Shown: piece after piece, positions 18,446 to 27,328 of the stretch
Layout: every line of letters begins with the position of its first letter
Position numbering within the stretch: the stretch's first letter is position 1
NCBI GenBank assembly: GCA_041649715.1
Contig: JBAZMP010000001.1
Span: 18,741 to 82,740, forward strand
Direction of reading: 5' to 3'
From: Patescibacteria group bacterium
Lineage (GTDB): Bacteria > Patescibacteriota > Patescibacteriia > JAXHNJ01
Length of the DNA: 64,000 nt
Position numbers and translations under genes: made by a program
Notes under the pieces: model-generated
What the model was told of the DNA's origin: nothing
What the model saw: the letters and a program-made list of their open reading frames with translations, nothing else
Database searches by the model: none

Positions 18446-18564
18446 GAGGCTAACCTCCTGTTATGGTTTTTGAATGTGCCGCAGAGAAATTTATTTTCTC
18501 TGTTTCTTGCCTTAACTTATACCGTTTTATCGAAAATGTCAAGGGTTACTCCAGAAAGCATTAT

Positions 18565-19101
18565 TTACCTTTTAAATACATCGTACTTAAAGTCCTTGTA
18601 GGTCATGGAAGGTCTTGGCCCCTTGCTGTTTTGATATTTGCCTTTGTATAAGATTATGTTTCCAAAGGGGACCCAGAAACTTACTTGAGCGATAAGAATG
18701 CCGGGATATAGGCGGACCGGAAGAGTGGCGTATAACTGAAATGTGGTTACTCCGTGAGAGCCTATATCGATCAAATCGGCCGTGACGTGCACAAAAAGGC
18801 CCATTCGAGCGGTGCCGGATTTACCGTGGATCAGCGGCACATAAAAATCACTCCCAATTCTTTCATTTGAATGGCCCAAGACAAACTCACCTTGTTTCAA
18901 AACCAAGCCGTCATTGGGGATTTTTATTTCTACGTAAGGAGTCTCAACTTTTGGGTCGATAATTTCGGCCTTATAGCGTATGATTGTTTCACCAAGAGAT
19001 AAATCGTAGGAATTAGTGGTCACGCGGTTTTCTATAAACGGGTTGATTTCAATTTTGCCGTTTTTCACCTCCTCAATAATTTTGTTTCCTGTTAATATCA
19101 T
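18565..19101 (-). CDS. dCTP deaminase-family protein (dUTPase-like fold), catalytic Glu replaced by Gln
   Basis: 178 aa. MILTGNKIIEEV...NPNSYDLSLG is a Dcd-like N-terminus. The conserved TLEL motif reads TFQL. Overlaps the upstream paralog by 29 nt. Confidence 0.7.
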   Translation of the reverse strand: MILTGNKIIEEVKNGKIEINPFIENRVTTNSYDLSLGETIIRYKAEIIDPKVETPYVEIKIPNDGLVLKQGEFVLGHSNERIGSDFYVPLIHGKSGTARMGLFVHVTADLIDIGSHGVTTFQLYATLPVRLYPGILIAQVSFWVPFGNIILYKGKYQNSKGPRPSMTYKDFKYDVFKR

Positions 19102-19612
19102 AATTTTTTTGATCGCCAGGCGTTAATGATTCTTGCGGGTGATTTAAAAACCCATAACGTCCGCAGTATTTCTTAAACAAACCGTAATTTTTCCAAAACG
19201 AAACTTGCCCGATAATCATCCCCGGGTATAATTTAATTGGTATGGTTGCGACCATTTCCAGAGTCCATTTATGCGTTGATGAGGTGTGGCCAAGATTTGC
19301 CGAGCATTGGAGAAAGAGGCCGTATCTTCCCAGAGAACTGCGACCAATGAGAGACATGGCATACTTCTGGCTGCCGATTACTTCGTAAGTTGTCGCCAAA
19401 TACATTTTTTTTGCCTCCAGGATATACCCTTCCCGGGGCATCTCAATCTCTTCAAAAAATGATTTATACCCATCAAATCTTTCAAAAACTTTCAATACGG
19501 GGCCGAGTCTGTAATTATAACTATTGGGATTAACTTGTTCGGTAGAAAAAGGTTTTATCGTAATATTGCCCCTTTTAACCTCGTCGTTAATTTTACTACC
19601 AGTGAGAATCAT
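19073..19612 (-). CDS. dCTP deaminase-family protein (catalytic Glu retained)
   Basis: 179 aa. MILTGSKINDEV...NPNSYNYRLG. WTLEM motif retains the catalytic Glu. Confidence 0.7.
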   Translation of the reverse strand: MILTGSKINDEVKRGNITIKPFSTEQVNPNSYNYRLGPVLKVFERFDGYKSFFEEIEMPREGYILEAKKMYLATTYEVIGSQKYAMSLIGRSSLGRYGLFLQCSANLGHTSSTHKWTLEMVATIPIKLYPGMIIGQVSFWKNYGLFKKYCGRYGFLNHPQESLTPGDQKNYDINRKQNY

Positions 19613-19617
19613 AAAGT

Positions 19618-20442
19618 TTAGAACAGTTCGGTAAAGCGGTTCGGGTATACTGTTTTTCTAAAGCGAAGAACTAACACGCTATATCTCTGGTAGGGTCGTA
19701 GATCATTCGACATTTTCTTCACCCCAAATAACCGGTCAAACATCGCCTGGCGCACTTTTTGATTCTTTATACTGTGCATGAGGCAGGCCCTCTCCGTTGT
19801 TGACTGGCAGTAACACCGGAGCTCATAATCGGTTTCCGGCACCAACGTATTACGATCCTCATAGATAATTTCAAACTTGTTAAATAGCGTCATTATTTCT
19901 TTGTATGTTTCATTTGTTGGTGTTATGTCAAAGACTTTCTGTGCTCGTTTGATAAGATGATTCGGGATTGTGCGGGTGACATAAAAAGGGGAAGCTAAAA
20001 TATATCCGCCATCATTGAGCATGCCGAGGCATCGGTTTATCATTTTTTCTGGGTTGGGAAAAAATTTCAGAGAAGCTCCAACTACTATGTGAGTAAATTT
20101 ACCGCGCGGTTTATAGCGGAAACCATCAGCTACCTTGTATATAAAATTTATTTTAGATGCGTAGTGTTTTTTATTGTAATTTGCCATTTCAATCGATTTC
20201 CTTGATAAGTCAAAACCTTCGCCCTGGCAACCCGTCAGCGTCGCTAATTCACGAGAGGAAAATCCGGTGCTGCAGGCAACCTCAAGCAAACGGGAATTTC
20301 GGTTCAAACGTGAGTAAACCGCCCATTTCGACAGGGTCGTATACGATCCGGGTAATACATTCCATTGATTGATGAAACCAACAAAGTCGGTGTAGGAAAA
20401 CTTTTTAATAGCCTCCGGTGTTATTTTTTGTCCGTTTTTCAT
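19618..20442 (-). CDS. class I SAM-dependent methyltransferase-fold protein
   Basis: 274 aa. Motif I LLEVACSTGFSS, acidic loop GFDLS. Start overlaps the upstream gene. Confidence 0.65.
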   Translation of the reverse strand: MKNGQKITPEAIKKFSYTDFVGFINQWNVLPGSYTTLSKWAVYSRLNRNSRLLEVACSTGFSSRELATLTGCQGEGFDLSRKSIEMANYNKKHYASKINFIYKVADGFRYKPRGKFTHIVVGASLKFFPNPEKMINRCLGMLNDGGYILASPFYVTRTIPNHLIKRAQKVFDITPTNETYKEIMTLFNKFEIIYEDRNTLVPETDYELRCYCQSTTERACLMHSIKNQKVRQAMFDRLFGVKKMSNDLRPYQRYSVLVLRFRKTVYPNRFTELF

Positions 20443-21697
20443 GTGTATATTTTAGACGATAAACCTTGGGGATGTTGTTTATAAATGTTTGCGCCAGTGA
20501 GTAAGTGAGCGCTCCCTGATTGGGTACGACGATAATATCCTTATCCCGCAGTTTTTTACCATAATAATAGTAACCCCATATATCCCATGTCGTGCACAGG
20601 TTGCCCCACATCTTGAATTTCCGTTCTCTTTTACTAGGATGAGAGAGATTTATTATAGGGAAATATTCAGTTTTGAATCTTTGCCAGCCGACCATATTGA
20701 CGCCACCGTTCAATATGCAATTCTTATCTTCCTTGATATCAGAAACACTTAATAGGATATGCATTGCCCCATTACAGATGTAACGACCGGGTTCAGATAG
20801 ATAGGTGGCATTGATTAACGGAGCTAGATATTTCTTGATGGCGTTACCGATGTTCTGAGCGTATTCTTCGATGGTGGAGGCTTGTCGTATTACATACTTT
20901 GGCCAACCCGATTTACTTTGCTTAATAATTCCTTCGTTCGCAGAAGATTCGAATCCGCCGCCGAAATCAATATATTTTATCTTGCCAAGCTGGTCGTCGG
21001 GAAAATTCCATTTTAAATAACTAGCCAAATCGCGGATTGTATCTCTGTAATAAGAACTGGTTTTGTTGCGAGATTGATGAAAATGGATGCCGTTTAAATC
21101 TAAAAAGGAATATCGGTTTGCCTCTTTCCAGAAATCCTTCAGTGATTTGAGGGGGATGCCGTATTTTGTCCAGTCCCCCTGTAAAGCCATATGGATACGA
21201 ACACCGCATTCAATTCTTTTTTTACGTTTATTCGCCAGCCGGCCTAGCCGTTTTAATTCATTGAAACTGTCTATATGGAGGCGTACTTTGTCGGCATGAT
21301 TCAGAGCCATTTTCAGATCATGGTAGCTTTTAGCCGGGCTGTAATAAACGATTTTTTTTGTCCCGGCTTTTAGTGCGATATTAAGTTCTCTGGCGCTCGC
21401 CACATCCAACCCCATGCCTCTTTTCACCGCCTCCCTGATGATATAGGGATGATGATTGAGTTTTAAGGCGTAATACGGCTGAAAATCCGGGATGTGTTTT
21501 TGGAAGGCGGTAATAAACGTTTTTATGTCTTTGTCCAGGGATTTTTGGTCATAAACATAAAAAGGTGTTTTATATTTATCGGCTAATTTAAAAAATTCAT
21601 TCCTCAGCAAAATAATTTTATTGACCACTGACAATATGTTTTTTGACACTGTATAGCGCGTCATTTTTCTAACCAGAAACGGCTTTATTAAAGACAA
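20405..21697 (-). CDS. PLP-dependent decarboxylase, fold III (Orn/DAP/Arg decarboxylase family)
   Basis: 430 aa. TPFYVYDQKSLDKDI..YALKLNHHPYIIREAVKRGMGLDVASARELNIALKAG matches the LysA/ODC N-terminal TIM barrel, including the PLP lysine. Confidence 0.75.
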   Translation of the reverse strand: MSLIKPFLVRKMTRYTVSKNILSVVNKIILLRNEFFKLADKYKTPFYVYDQKSLDKDIKTFITAFQKHIPDFQPYYALKLNHHPYIIREAVKRGMGLDVASARELNIALKAGTKKIVYYSPAKSYHDLKMALNHADKVRLHIDSFNELKRLGRLANKRKKRIECGVRIHMALQGDWTKYGIPLKSLKDFWKEANRYSFLDLNGIHFHQSRNKTSSYYRDTIRDLASYLKWNFPDDQLGKIKYIDFGGGFESSANEGIIKQSKSGWPKYVIRQASTIEEYAQNIGNAIKKYLAPLINATYLSEPGRYICNGAMHILLSVSDIKEDKNCILNGGVNMVGWQRFKTEYFPIINLSHPSKRERKFKMWGNLCTTWDIWGYYYYGKKLRDKDIIVVPNQGALTYSLAQTFINNIPKVYRLKYTHEKRTKNNTGGY

Positions 21698-22673
21698 TTT
21701 GGTCGTTGTTAAGTAATCCGGTCCCGCCGTTTGGGATAGTGATCATAGGATCGGAATGGCCAAAGTCAGCGTTATATAGGACAGGATACTGGACGCCAGA
21801 AAAATATCTATGCAACAATTCCTCGAATGAATCTTCCGGCGAGAATTGAGATTGCTCGGTAAAACGCCCGAACACTAAACCGGAGATTTTTTTGAACCAA
21901 CCGATTTGCTCGCCTTGGCATAAAAATCGGTCAACATGGGCCGGCGTGCTTGTTTCGTCTTCCTCGATAAAGAGAATTTTTCCGGTCATATCAGGCAGAT
22001 ATTCTGTGCCGTTCAGGATTAATAACGTCTGGAGGTTCCCGGCCACAATTTGTCCTTTCGCCTTCCCTTTTTTGAATATTATAATTCCCTCATTTTTCTT
22101 GTTAACCCGATGGTTATTGTCTTTCCTGATAAAATATAAGTCATCCGCATAATCAGGGGATGACTTAATAATTATTTTTTCTCTTGGAGTAATACAGATA
22201 TTATTCAAATAGTTCCAGCTATAGACAAATGGTTCCGGTTTGGCAAATGAAATCACGCACGGACCGGAAAACGTCACAAGGCCAGTTTTTTGAGTAATCG
22301 CAGTTGTTAAAGCGGTTACGTCCGAATAACCAATAAAGATTTTAGGGTGCATTTTGATCAGCTTGTAATCCAAGTGATCCAATAACTGGTTGGTATTAAA
22401 TCCGCCCCAGAAAGACATAATGCCGCCGACATCTTCCCGCTTTACGAAGTGATGAATATCATCGACGCGTAAAGAGATCGATCCGGCTGTATGCTTTTGG
22501 GTTAATTCTTTCATGGATTTGCCCTCTTCGATTTGAAATCCTTTCATTCGTAGATATTCATAGCCGCGCTGTATTACGTTTTCAGGACAGATACCTCTGA
22601 CCGGATCCGCCGGAGCGATAATCCCAATCTTTTTATTCTTATCCAGTTTTGGCGGTAGTATTCTCAGGCTCAT
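21669..22673 (-). CDS. peptidase S66 family (LD-carboxypeptidase / MccF-like)
   Basis: 334 aa. IGIIAPADP N-terminus. Nucleophile motif GYSDVTAL. C-terminal FGHSDP with a His. HVDRFL. Confidence 0.75.
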   Translation of the reverse strand: MSLRILPPKLDKNKKIGIIAPADPVRGICPENVIQRGYEYLRMKGFQIEEGKSMKELTQKHTAGSISLRVDDIHHFVKREDVGGIMSFWGGFNTNQLLDHLDYKLIKMHPKIFIGYSDVTALTTAITQKTGLVTFSGPCVISFAKPEPFVYSWNYLNNICITPREKIIIKSSPDYADDLYFIRKDNNHRVNKKNEGIIIFKKGKAKGQIVAGNLQTLLILNGTEYLPDMTGKILFIEEDETSTPAHVDRFLCQGEQIGWFKKISGLVFGRFTEQSQFSPEDSFEELLHRYFSGVQYPVLYNADFGHSDPMITIPNGGTGLLNNDQIVFNKAVSG

Positions 22674-22909
22674 AATTATTATATTACGGGATAAAATTAA
22701 GATATTTATACGGTTAAACTATTTAAATTATACATCTTTGGTGGATAAAAATCAAAAATATTGAAGATTTTTTCACGCAGTTTTTTGAAGGAAGCAATCC
22801 TTTGAAGGGGTAAGCCCGTACGACCGTTGTCGCCGTTTATTCTTAGACGGCGAATTTTTTATTCCATAAAAAAACTAGCCTTTGATACGGCCAGTTTTTT
22901 TATTGAGAA

Positions 22910-23512
22910 TTATTGTTCTTTATTTATTCTTTCCTCAAATTCATTGGTGATTTCCACCACTCTTTCATCGTCAGCCACGCCTCTTAGCTCTCCGACTAGT
23001 TCTAGCACCTTCGCTTTTTTTTCTTCATCAGTAAAATCCTTTTTATCTAAAGTAACCAGGTTTAGGCCCACCTGCGCTTCTAAGTGGCGCAAATCTTGTT
23101 CGTTGTGGCCGGGTTTTCCCCAACCGTCGATCACTCTCTCGATTAAACTGATCGTTTGGTCGATTTGGTCCGCTTTGTTTTCCCTGGTTTTTTCCCGCTT
23201 CAGGAGTTTTTTATCCGGTTTCAGGCCAAATCTTTCTTTTAATTGGTGGATGATTTTCGGTATTCTTTTGTCGTCAGCCACTTTCTCCAATTTATCAACT
23301 AAGCCGAAGACCTCTTCTTTTCTTTCGTCAGTTAAATCCCCCTCTTTTAAGACCGCGAGATTCAAGCCCGTTTCCGCTTCCATCCGGCGCAATTCTGCTT
23401 CGTTGTTGTCTGGTTTTTCCCAGCCTGTGACCGTTTGTTCAAGAAGGCCGACCGTCTGTTCGATCTGCCAGCTTTTGGCCGCTTCTTGGTTTGGTTCGCC
23501 TTCAATGCCCAT
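22910..23512 (-). CDS. hypothetical protein with two tandem ~95-aa internal repeats
   Basis: 200 aa, charged composition. Repeat 1 IEQTVGLLEQTVTGWEKPDNNEAELRRMEAETGLNLAVL... Repeat 2 IDQTISLIERVIDGWGKPGHNEQDLRHLEAQVGLNLVTL... The opposite-strand ORF 22827..23516 is Ser/Leu low-complexity and judged a shadow. Confidence 0.5.
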   Translation of the reverse strand: MGIEGEPNQEAAKSWQIEQTVGLLEQTVTGWEKPDNNEAELRRMEAETGLNLAVLKEGDLTDERKEEVFGLVDKLEKVADDKRIPKIIHQLKERFGLKPDKKLLKREKTRENKADQIDQTISLIERVIDGWGKPGHNEQDLRHLEAQVGLNLVTLDKKDFTDEEKKAKVLELVGELRGVADDERVVEITNEFEERINKEQ

Positions 23513-23825
23513 ATAATTTCCTTTCGTATTATTTTTTGATCTATTGTTAGATTAGCTTAGCGTAAAAAACGGAAAATGTCAAGAAGGAAACACGGTTATT
23601 CTAATTTTGTTATATTTTTCCTTCACGTCCCCTTATTTACTCCCTAATTCTTCCCAATCCGCGCATTCTTTGATTTTTATATGCTGTAACGGTAAGGGCG
23701 CAATTTAGGCGGGTAATATCCAGGGGCAGGAACTTTTTAGCTTGTAAATAATGGATATTTTACATAGTTGCTAAAATATGCTATATTTAAAAGGAATTTA
23801 ATTTATTAAAATAATAAAAAAGCCT

Positions 23826-24107
23826 ATGGCAAAAATTACAAAATCCCAGTTGCTCAATGTCTTGGCCGAAAAAACCACTTTGGCCAAAAAGCAAGTCGCC
23901 ATGTTTTTAGATGCTTTAGCGGAAGTAGCCTACAGCCAGGTAAAATCCAACGGAGAATTTACCATTCCGGGAATTGGCAAATTAGTCAAAAAGCATCGCG
24001 CGGCTCGGATGGGTCGTAACCCAGCGACCGGCGCCACGATCAAAATTGCGGCTAAGACAGTGGTAAAATTCCGCGTCGCCAAAGCGGCCAAAGACGCCAT
24101 TCTATAA
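23826..24107 (+). CDS. hup: DNA-binding protein HU
   Basis: 93 aa. GFGKFxxRxRxARMGRNPxTGAxIKIAAKxVVKF is an HU/IHF-family signature. Confidence 0.9.
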   Translation: MAKITKSQLLNVLAEKTTLAKKQVAMFLDALAEVAYSQVKSNGEFTIPGIGKLVKKHRAARMGRNPATGATIKIAAKTVVKFRVAKAAKDAIL

Positions 24108-24128
24108 ACAATAGTTGGTCTAATAATA

Positions 24129-24160
24129 AAAGGCCAGTCTCGTAGGAGCTGGCCTTTTTT
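24129..24160 (+). terminator. intrinsic terminator after hup
   Basis: aaaaggccagtctcgtaggagctggcctttttt. Confidence 0.6.
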
Positions 24161-24167
24161 GGTTTAT

Positions 24168-25205
24168 TCATTTTCTTGTTATTTGGACAATCCCGTTATT
24201 TCCGTCCACTTTAACTAGGTCGTTATCTGTTATGAATTTCGTCGCTATTTTAGTGCTAATGACACAGGGTGTCTTGAGCTCTCGGGAAACGATCGCGGCG
24301 TGACAGGTGATTCCTCCCTCATCAGTGACAATACCGGCCGCTCGTCTCAAAGCGACCATCATATCGGCGGTTGTCATGGGCGTGATCAGAATATCGCCTT
24401 TTTTTACCTTGTTTAAATCAGAGAGTTCAAAAACGACTCTTGCTTTTCCTTGCGCTTTGCCGCGGCAGGCGGATTGACCCTTGATTATATCGGCATCAAT
24501 CTTTTCCTTAGTGTTGTCTTTTAAAATAATATCATTATCCGTTAAGTATTTCTTGATATTTAAATATATTTTACCCCGATGAAATAAGTAGCCATGTGTT
24601 CTTCTGGCGAGTTCATTCTTCGAAGGAAAACTTTTAGTCTTTTCGCTGGGCAATAAATAAGGGAAATATTTTGGAGGAATACGATTTTTTTGTCCTAATT
24701 CGAGGTAAGTAATGTTTGACAGATAGGTCATAGCCGGATGAAGTATGCCTTCGCTTTCCACCCTGATGGTAAAGCATGTTTTTCTTAATTTTTGACTGAC
24801 TTTGAAAATTTTGGTACCGCCAAAAATATTAGAGAGGGCAATAATAGGCCAGATTTCCTGAATCAAAAAATACAACCTATTTGAATTTTTCAGCCTTTTA
24901 GTGATAATCGATTTTATTTCCCGGCGATAGATATCAAATTTCACCTTTCTTTTGATAAACAGTGAAATATTATTTTCTAAATAATTAAATATCGGTTCCA
25001 AGCCTTGTTTTGGGTCAGAAAAATTATAATAGATAGAAATTCCTTTCTGCGGGTGATATATAAATAGCGGATCAAAAAAAATAAGATTATCAAATTGTCG
25101 AGGTAGGGCTAATCTTTCGCCCCTATCCCAGCAATCACAGGCGATTAAATCCATTGGTCTGGCCATGATTTTTCGGAATTCTTGTTTTCGCAAGTGTTTT
25201 TTCAT
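24168..25205 (-). CDS. PEP-utilizing-enzyme swivel (phosphohistidine) domain protein, paralog 5
   Basis: 345 aa. C-terminal GKARVVFELSDLNKVKKGDILITPMTTADMMVALRRAAGIVTDEGGITCHAAIVSREL (PF00391-like). Variable N-terminal half. Confidence 0.7.
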   Translation of the reverse strand: MKKHLRKQEFRKIMARPMDLIACDCWDRGERLALPRQFDNLIFFDPLFIYHPQKGISIYYNFSDPKQGLEPIFNYLENNISLFIKRKVKFDIYRREIKSIITKRLKNSNRLYFLIQEIWPIIALSNIFGGTKIFKVSQKLRKTCFTIRVESEGILHPAMTYLSNITYLELGQKNRIPPKYFPYLLPSEKTKSFPSKNELARRTHGYLFHRGKIYLNIKKYLTDNDIILKDNTKEKIDADIIKGQSACRGKAQGKARVVFELSDLNKVKKGDILITPMTTADMMVALRRAAGIVTDEGGITCHAAIVSRELKTPCVISTKIATKFITDNDLVKVDGNNGIVQITRK

Positions 25206-25253
25206 TTTAAGATTCAGAGAGTAGTAATCGGTCTTGTTTGGATAATATATATT

Positions 25254-26453
25254 TTATTTCCTTCCCGATTTTTTGATAATTTGAGCCACTCCTTTATAGG
25301 CGTTTACTTGTACCAAATCGCCGTTTTTTAAAATTTGAGTCGCATTTTTTGTCCCCACGAGGCAGGGTTTTTTCAGTTCGCGTGAGATTATGGCCGCATG
25401 GCAAGTTATGCCGCCTTCGTCCGTAATAATCGCACCAGCATTCTTAAGAAAGGGAGTCATTTGCGGATTGGTCATGCTCGTGACTAAAATATTGCCCTTT
25501 TTCACCGCCGTGGTGCCGCTCCAGGATAAGTGAATTATTACCTTACCAGTGGCAAGACCGGGGTAGGCGATATCGCCCCTGATTTTGCGGTTATCAATTT
25601 TTCGAAGTTTATTTTGCCAATAAATGAATTTGTTACCGGTATATAAATTCCATGCCCCATCTTTTTTGATAAAAACGCAGCCCTTTAACCTTTTTCTTAA
25701 CTCCCCCGTAGATACTGTTATTTCATCAGTGATAGCCTTTTCTACTTCCTCCTTTCTCATGGCGCTAGCAAGATTAATCGATAGCTTGGTTTTTTTGGCA
25801 ATATATTTTGTGAAAGAGTCATCAGTGACGTATGTTTCCGAGTCTTTATGTAGCTGTAATTTGATCTCTCCCATTCGTCCTAGCCTTTTCACGTATTTTT
25901 TTACTTGACCATTAGTGATTTCGTTTATTTTATGCGTAGATAAAATTTTAACCAATGCGTTTCTTGATGTTAATTTAAGAAGCTTAGCTTCAACTGCCTG
26001 CGAGAATGGCGGTTCGTAAAATCGGTATAATTTGCAGAATTTATCGTTTAACCGCAGAGATTTTTTCCATTCGGCTAGAACGTTTTTTGAATTAAGCCGT
26101 GGTTTTTTGTAGTTTTTAAGCTGGACGCTTAAATTTTTGGATTTGGCAATTAAAGAAGCGGAGAATTTGTCATTTAATAATCGGGAGCCCAAATAACGGC
26201 ATTGTTTTATGCTTAAGGGTGACAAATAGGCCCTAGTGATGTTGTTTTCGCGCAAAACGATAAAATCAACCTCGCCGTAAGTTTCATTGTTGTTAAAAAT
26301 CATGTCCAGGGTAAGAATATTGAACCCGGAATTAGAAAAATGAAGACTATATCTTTTGGCGTCTTGATTATTTTTTTGAGAGCGCATTTTATAAAGTAGT
26401 AATCGGTCTCGATTGGACAATATACATTTTATTTTTTTCGTAGGCCCATTCAA
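25254..26453 (-). CDS. PEP-utilizing-enzyme swivel domain protein, paralog 4
   Basis: 399 aa. C-terminal ...ILVTSMTNPQMTPFLKNAGAIITDEGGITCHAAIISREL. Confidence 0.7.
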   Translation of the reverse strand: MNGPTKKIKCILSNRDRLLLYKMRSQKNNQDAKRYSLHFSNSGFNILTLDMIFNNNETYGEVDFIVLRENNITRAYLSPLSIKQCRYLGSRLLNDKFSASLIAKSKNLSVQLKNYKKPRLNSKNVLAEWKKSLRLNDKFCKLYRFYEPPFSQAVEAKLLKLTSRNALVKILSTHKINEITNGQVKKYVKRLGRMGEIKLQLHKDSETYVTDDSFTKYIAKKTKLSINLASAMRKEEVEKAITDEITVSTGELRKRLKGCVFIKKDGAWNLYTGNKFIYWQNKLRKIDNRKIRGDIAYPGLATGKVIIHLSWSGTTAVKKGNILVTSMTNPQMTPFLKNAGAIITDEGGITCHAAIISRELKKPCLVGTKNATQILKNGDLVQVNAYKGVAQIIKKSGRK

Positions 26454-27327
26454 TATCCTGCGGTATGCCGTAGTGTTTTTCGATTTTTTGGCAGAGTTTA
26501 GCCAGGGATATTATTTGTTTGTCGCCAAGCTTTTGTTTTTCTTGCTGGCTGGCCGGCACAGATTTGTTCATATTTCCAGAGGGACCTTTAACAATCATTT
26601 TTCCCTGCTGACTGATGCTTTTTTCCTTGAGGGCAAAATTCTTTTTATCGATAATATAGGTGTCGGGAGTAATAATACCCCCGACGATCGCTTCGCCCAG
26701 GCCGTAGCCGGCTTCAATCACGATTTGGCCCCGATCTTTAGTCACTGGGTGGGCGGTGAAACAAATACCCGAGATTTCTGAATTAATCATTTTTTGGACG
26801 ACCACGGCGACTGCCACTTTTGTTTTACGCAGTTTTTTCTCAAAGCGGTAGGAGATGGCGCGGGGCGTAAATAGCGACGCCCAGCATTTTTTGACGCTGG
26901 TCAGCAGGTTTTTATTATCCACGTTGAGATAACTTTCTAATTCGCCGGCCCAGGAAGCAACGGAGGAATCTTCGGCGGTAGCGGAACTGCGCACCGCTAC
27001 ATATTTAGCCTTAAGATTTAAGAATTCTTTTTGTATTTCGCCTTTCATCTCCGGCGGAAATTCAAGCTTTAAAATTAAACCCCTGATTTTATCCGACGCT
27101 TGATTAACTGAATTAATATTTTTTAGGTTGATCTTATTTAACAAAGCTTCAATTTTCGTCCCCAGTTGGTTTTTTTCCACGAACTGGTCAAAAGCCGAAG
27201 CCAAAACGACAAAACCGGGAGGGACGGGAATGCCAGCCTGCGTCATTTCGCCTAAAGAAGCGCCCTTGCCGCCGGCAATGGCGGCGTCATTTTTGCCTAA
27301 ATATTGAAAATTTTTAACAAAGGCCAT
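26389..27327 (-). CDS. pyruvate phosphate dikinase/PEP synthase N-terminal ATP-grasp (PPDK_N) domain protein, stand-alone
   Basis: 312 aa. GGKGASLGEMTQAGIPVPPGFVV, VAVRSSATAEDSSVASWAGELESYLNV, EWAYEKNKMYIVQSRPIT. Matches the nucleotide-binding domain of PpsA/PPDK/RPH and lacks a swivel domain. Confidence 0.75.
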   Translation of the reverse strand: MAFVKNFQYLGKNDAAIAGGKGASLGEMTQAGIPVPPGFVVLASAFDQFVEKNQLGTKIEALLNKINLKNINSVNQASDKIRGLILKLEFPPEMKGEIQKEFLNLKAKYVAVRSSATAEDSSVASWAGELESYLNVDNKNLLTSVKKCWASLFTPRAISYRFEKKLRKTKVAVAVVVQKMINSEISGICFTAHPVTKDRGQIVIEAGYGLGEAIVGGIITPDTYIIDKKNFALKEKSISQQGKMIVKGPSGNMNKSVPASQQEKQKLGDKQIISLAKLCQKIEKHYGIPQDIEWAYEKNKMYIVQSRPITTL

Positions 27328-27328
27328 A

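Noticed and set aside
26389-26453. 65-nt overlap between the ATP-grasp gene and the upstream swivel paralog, as a possible frameshift or fusion site
   Set aside because: Both ORFs have independent plausible starts and complete domains. Overlaps of this size recur throughout these operons, so a frameshifted fusion is not supported.
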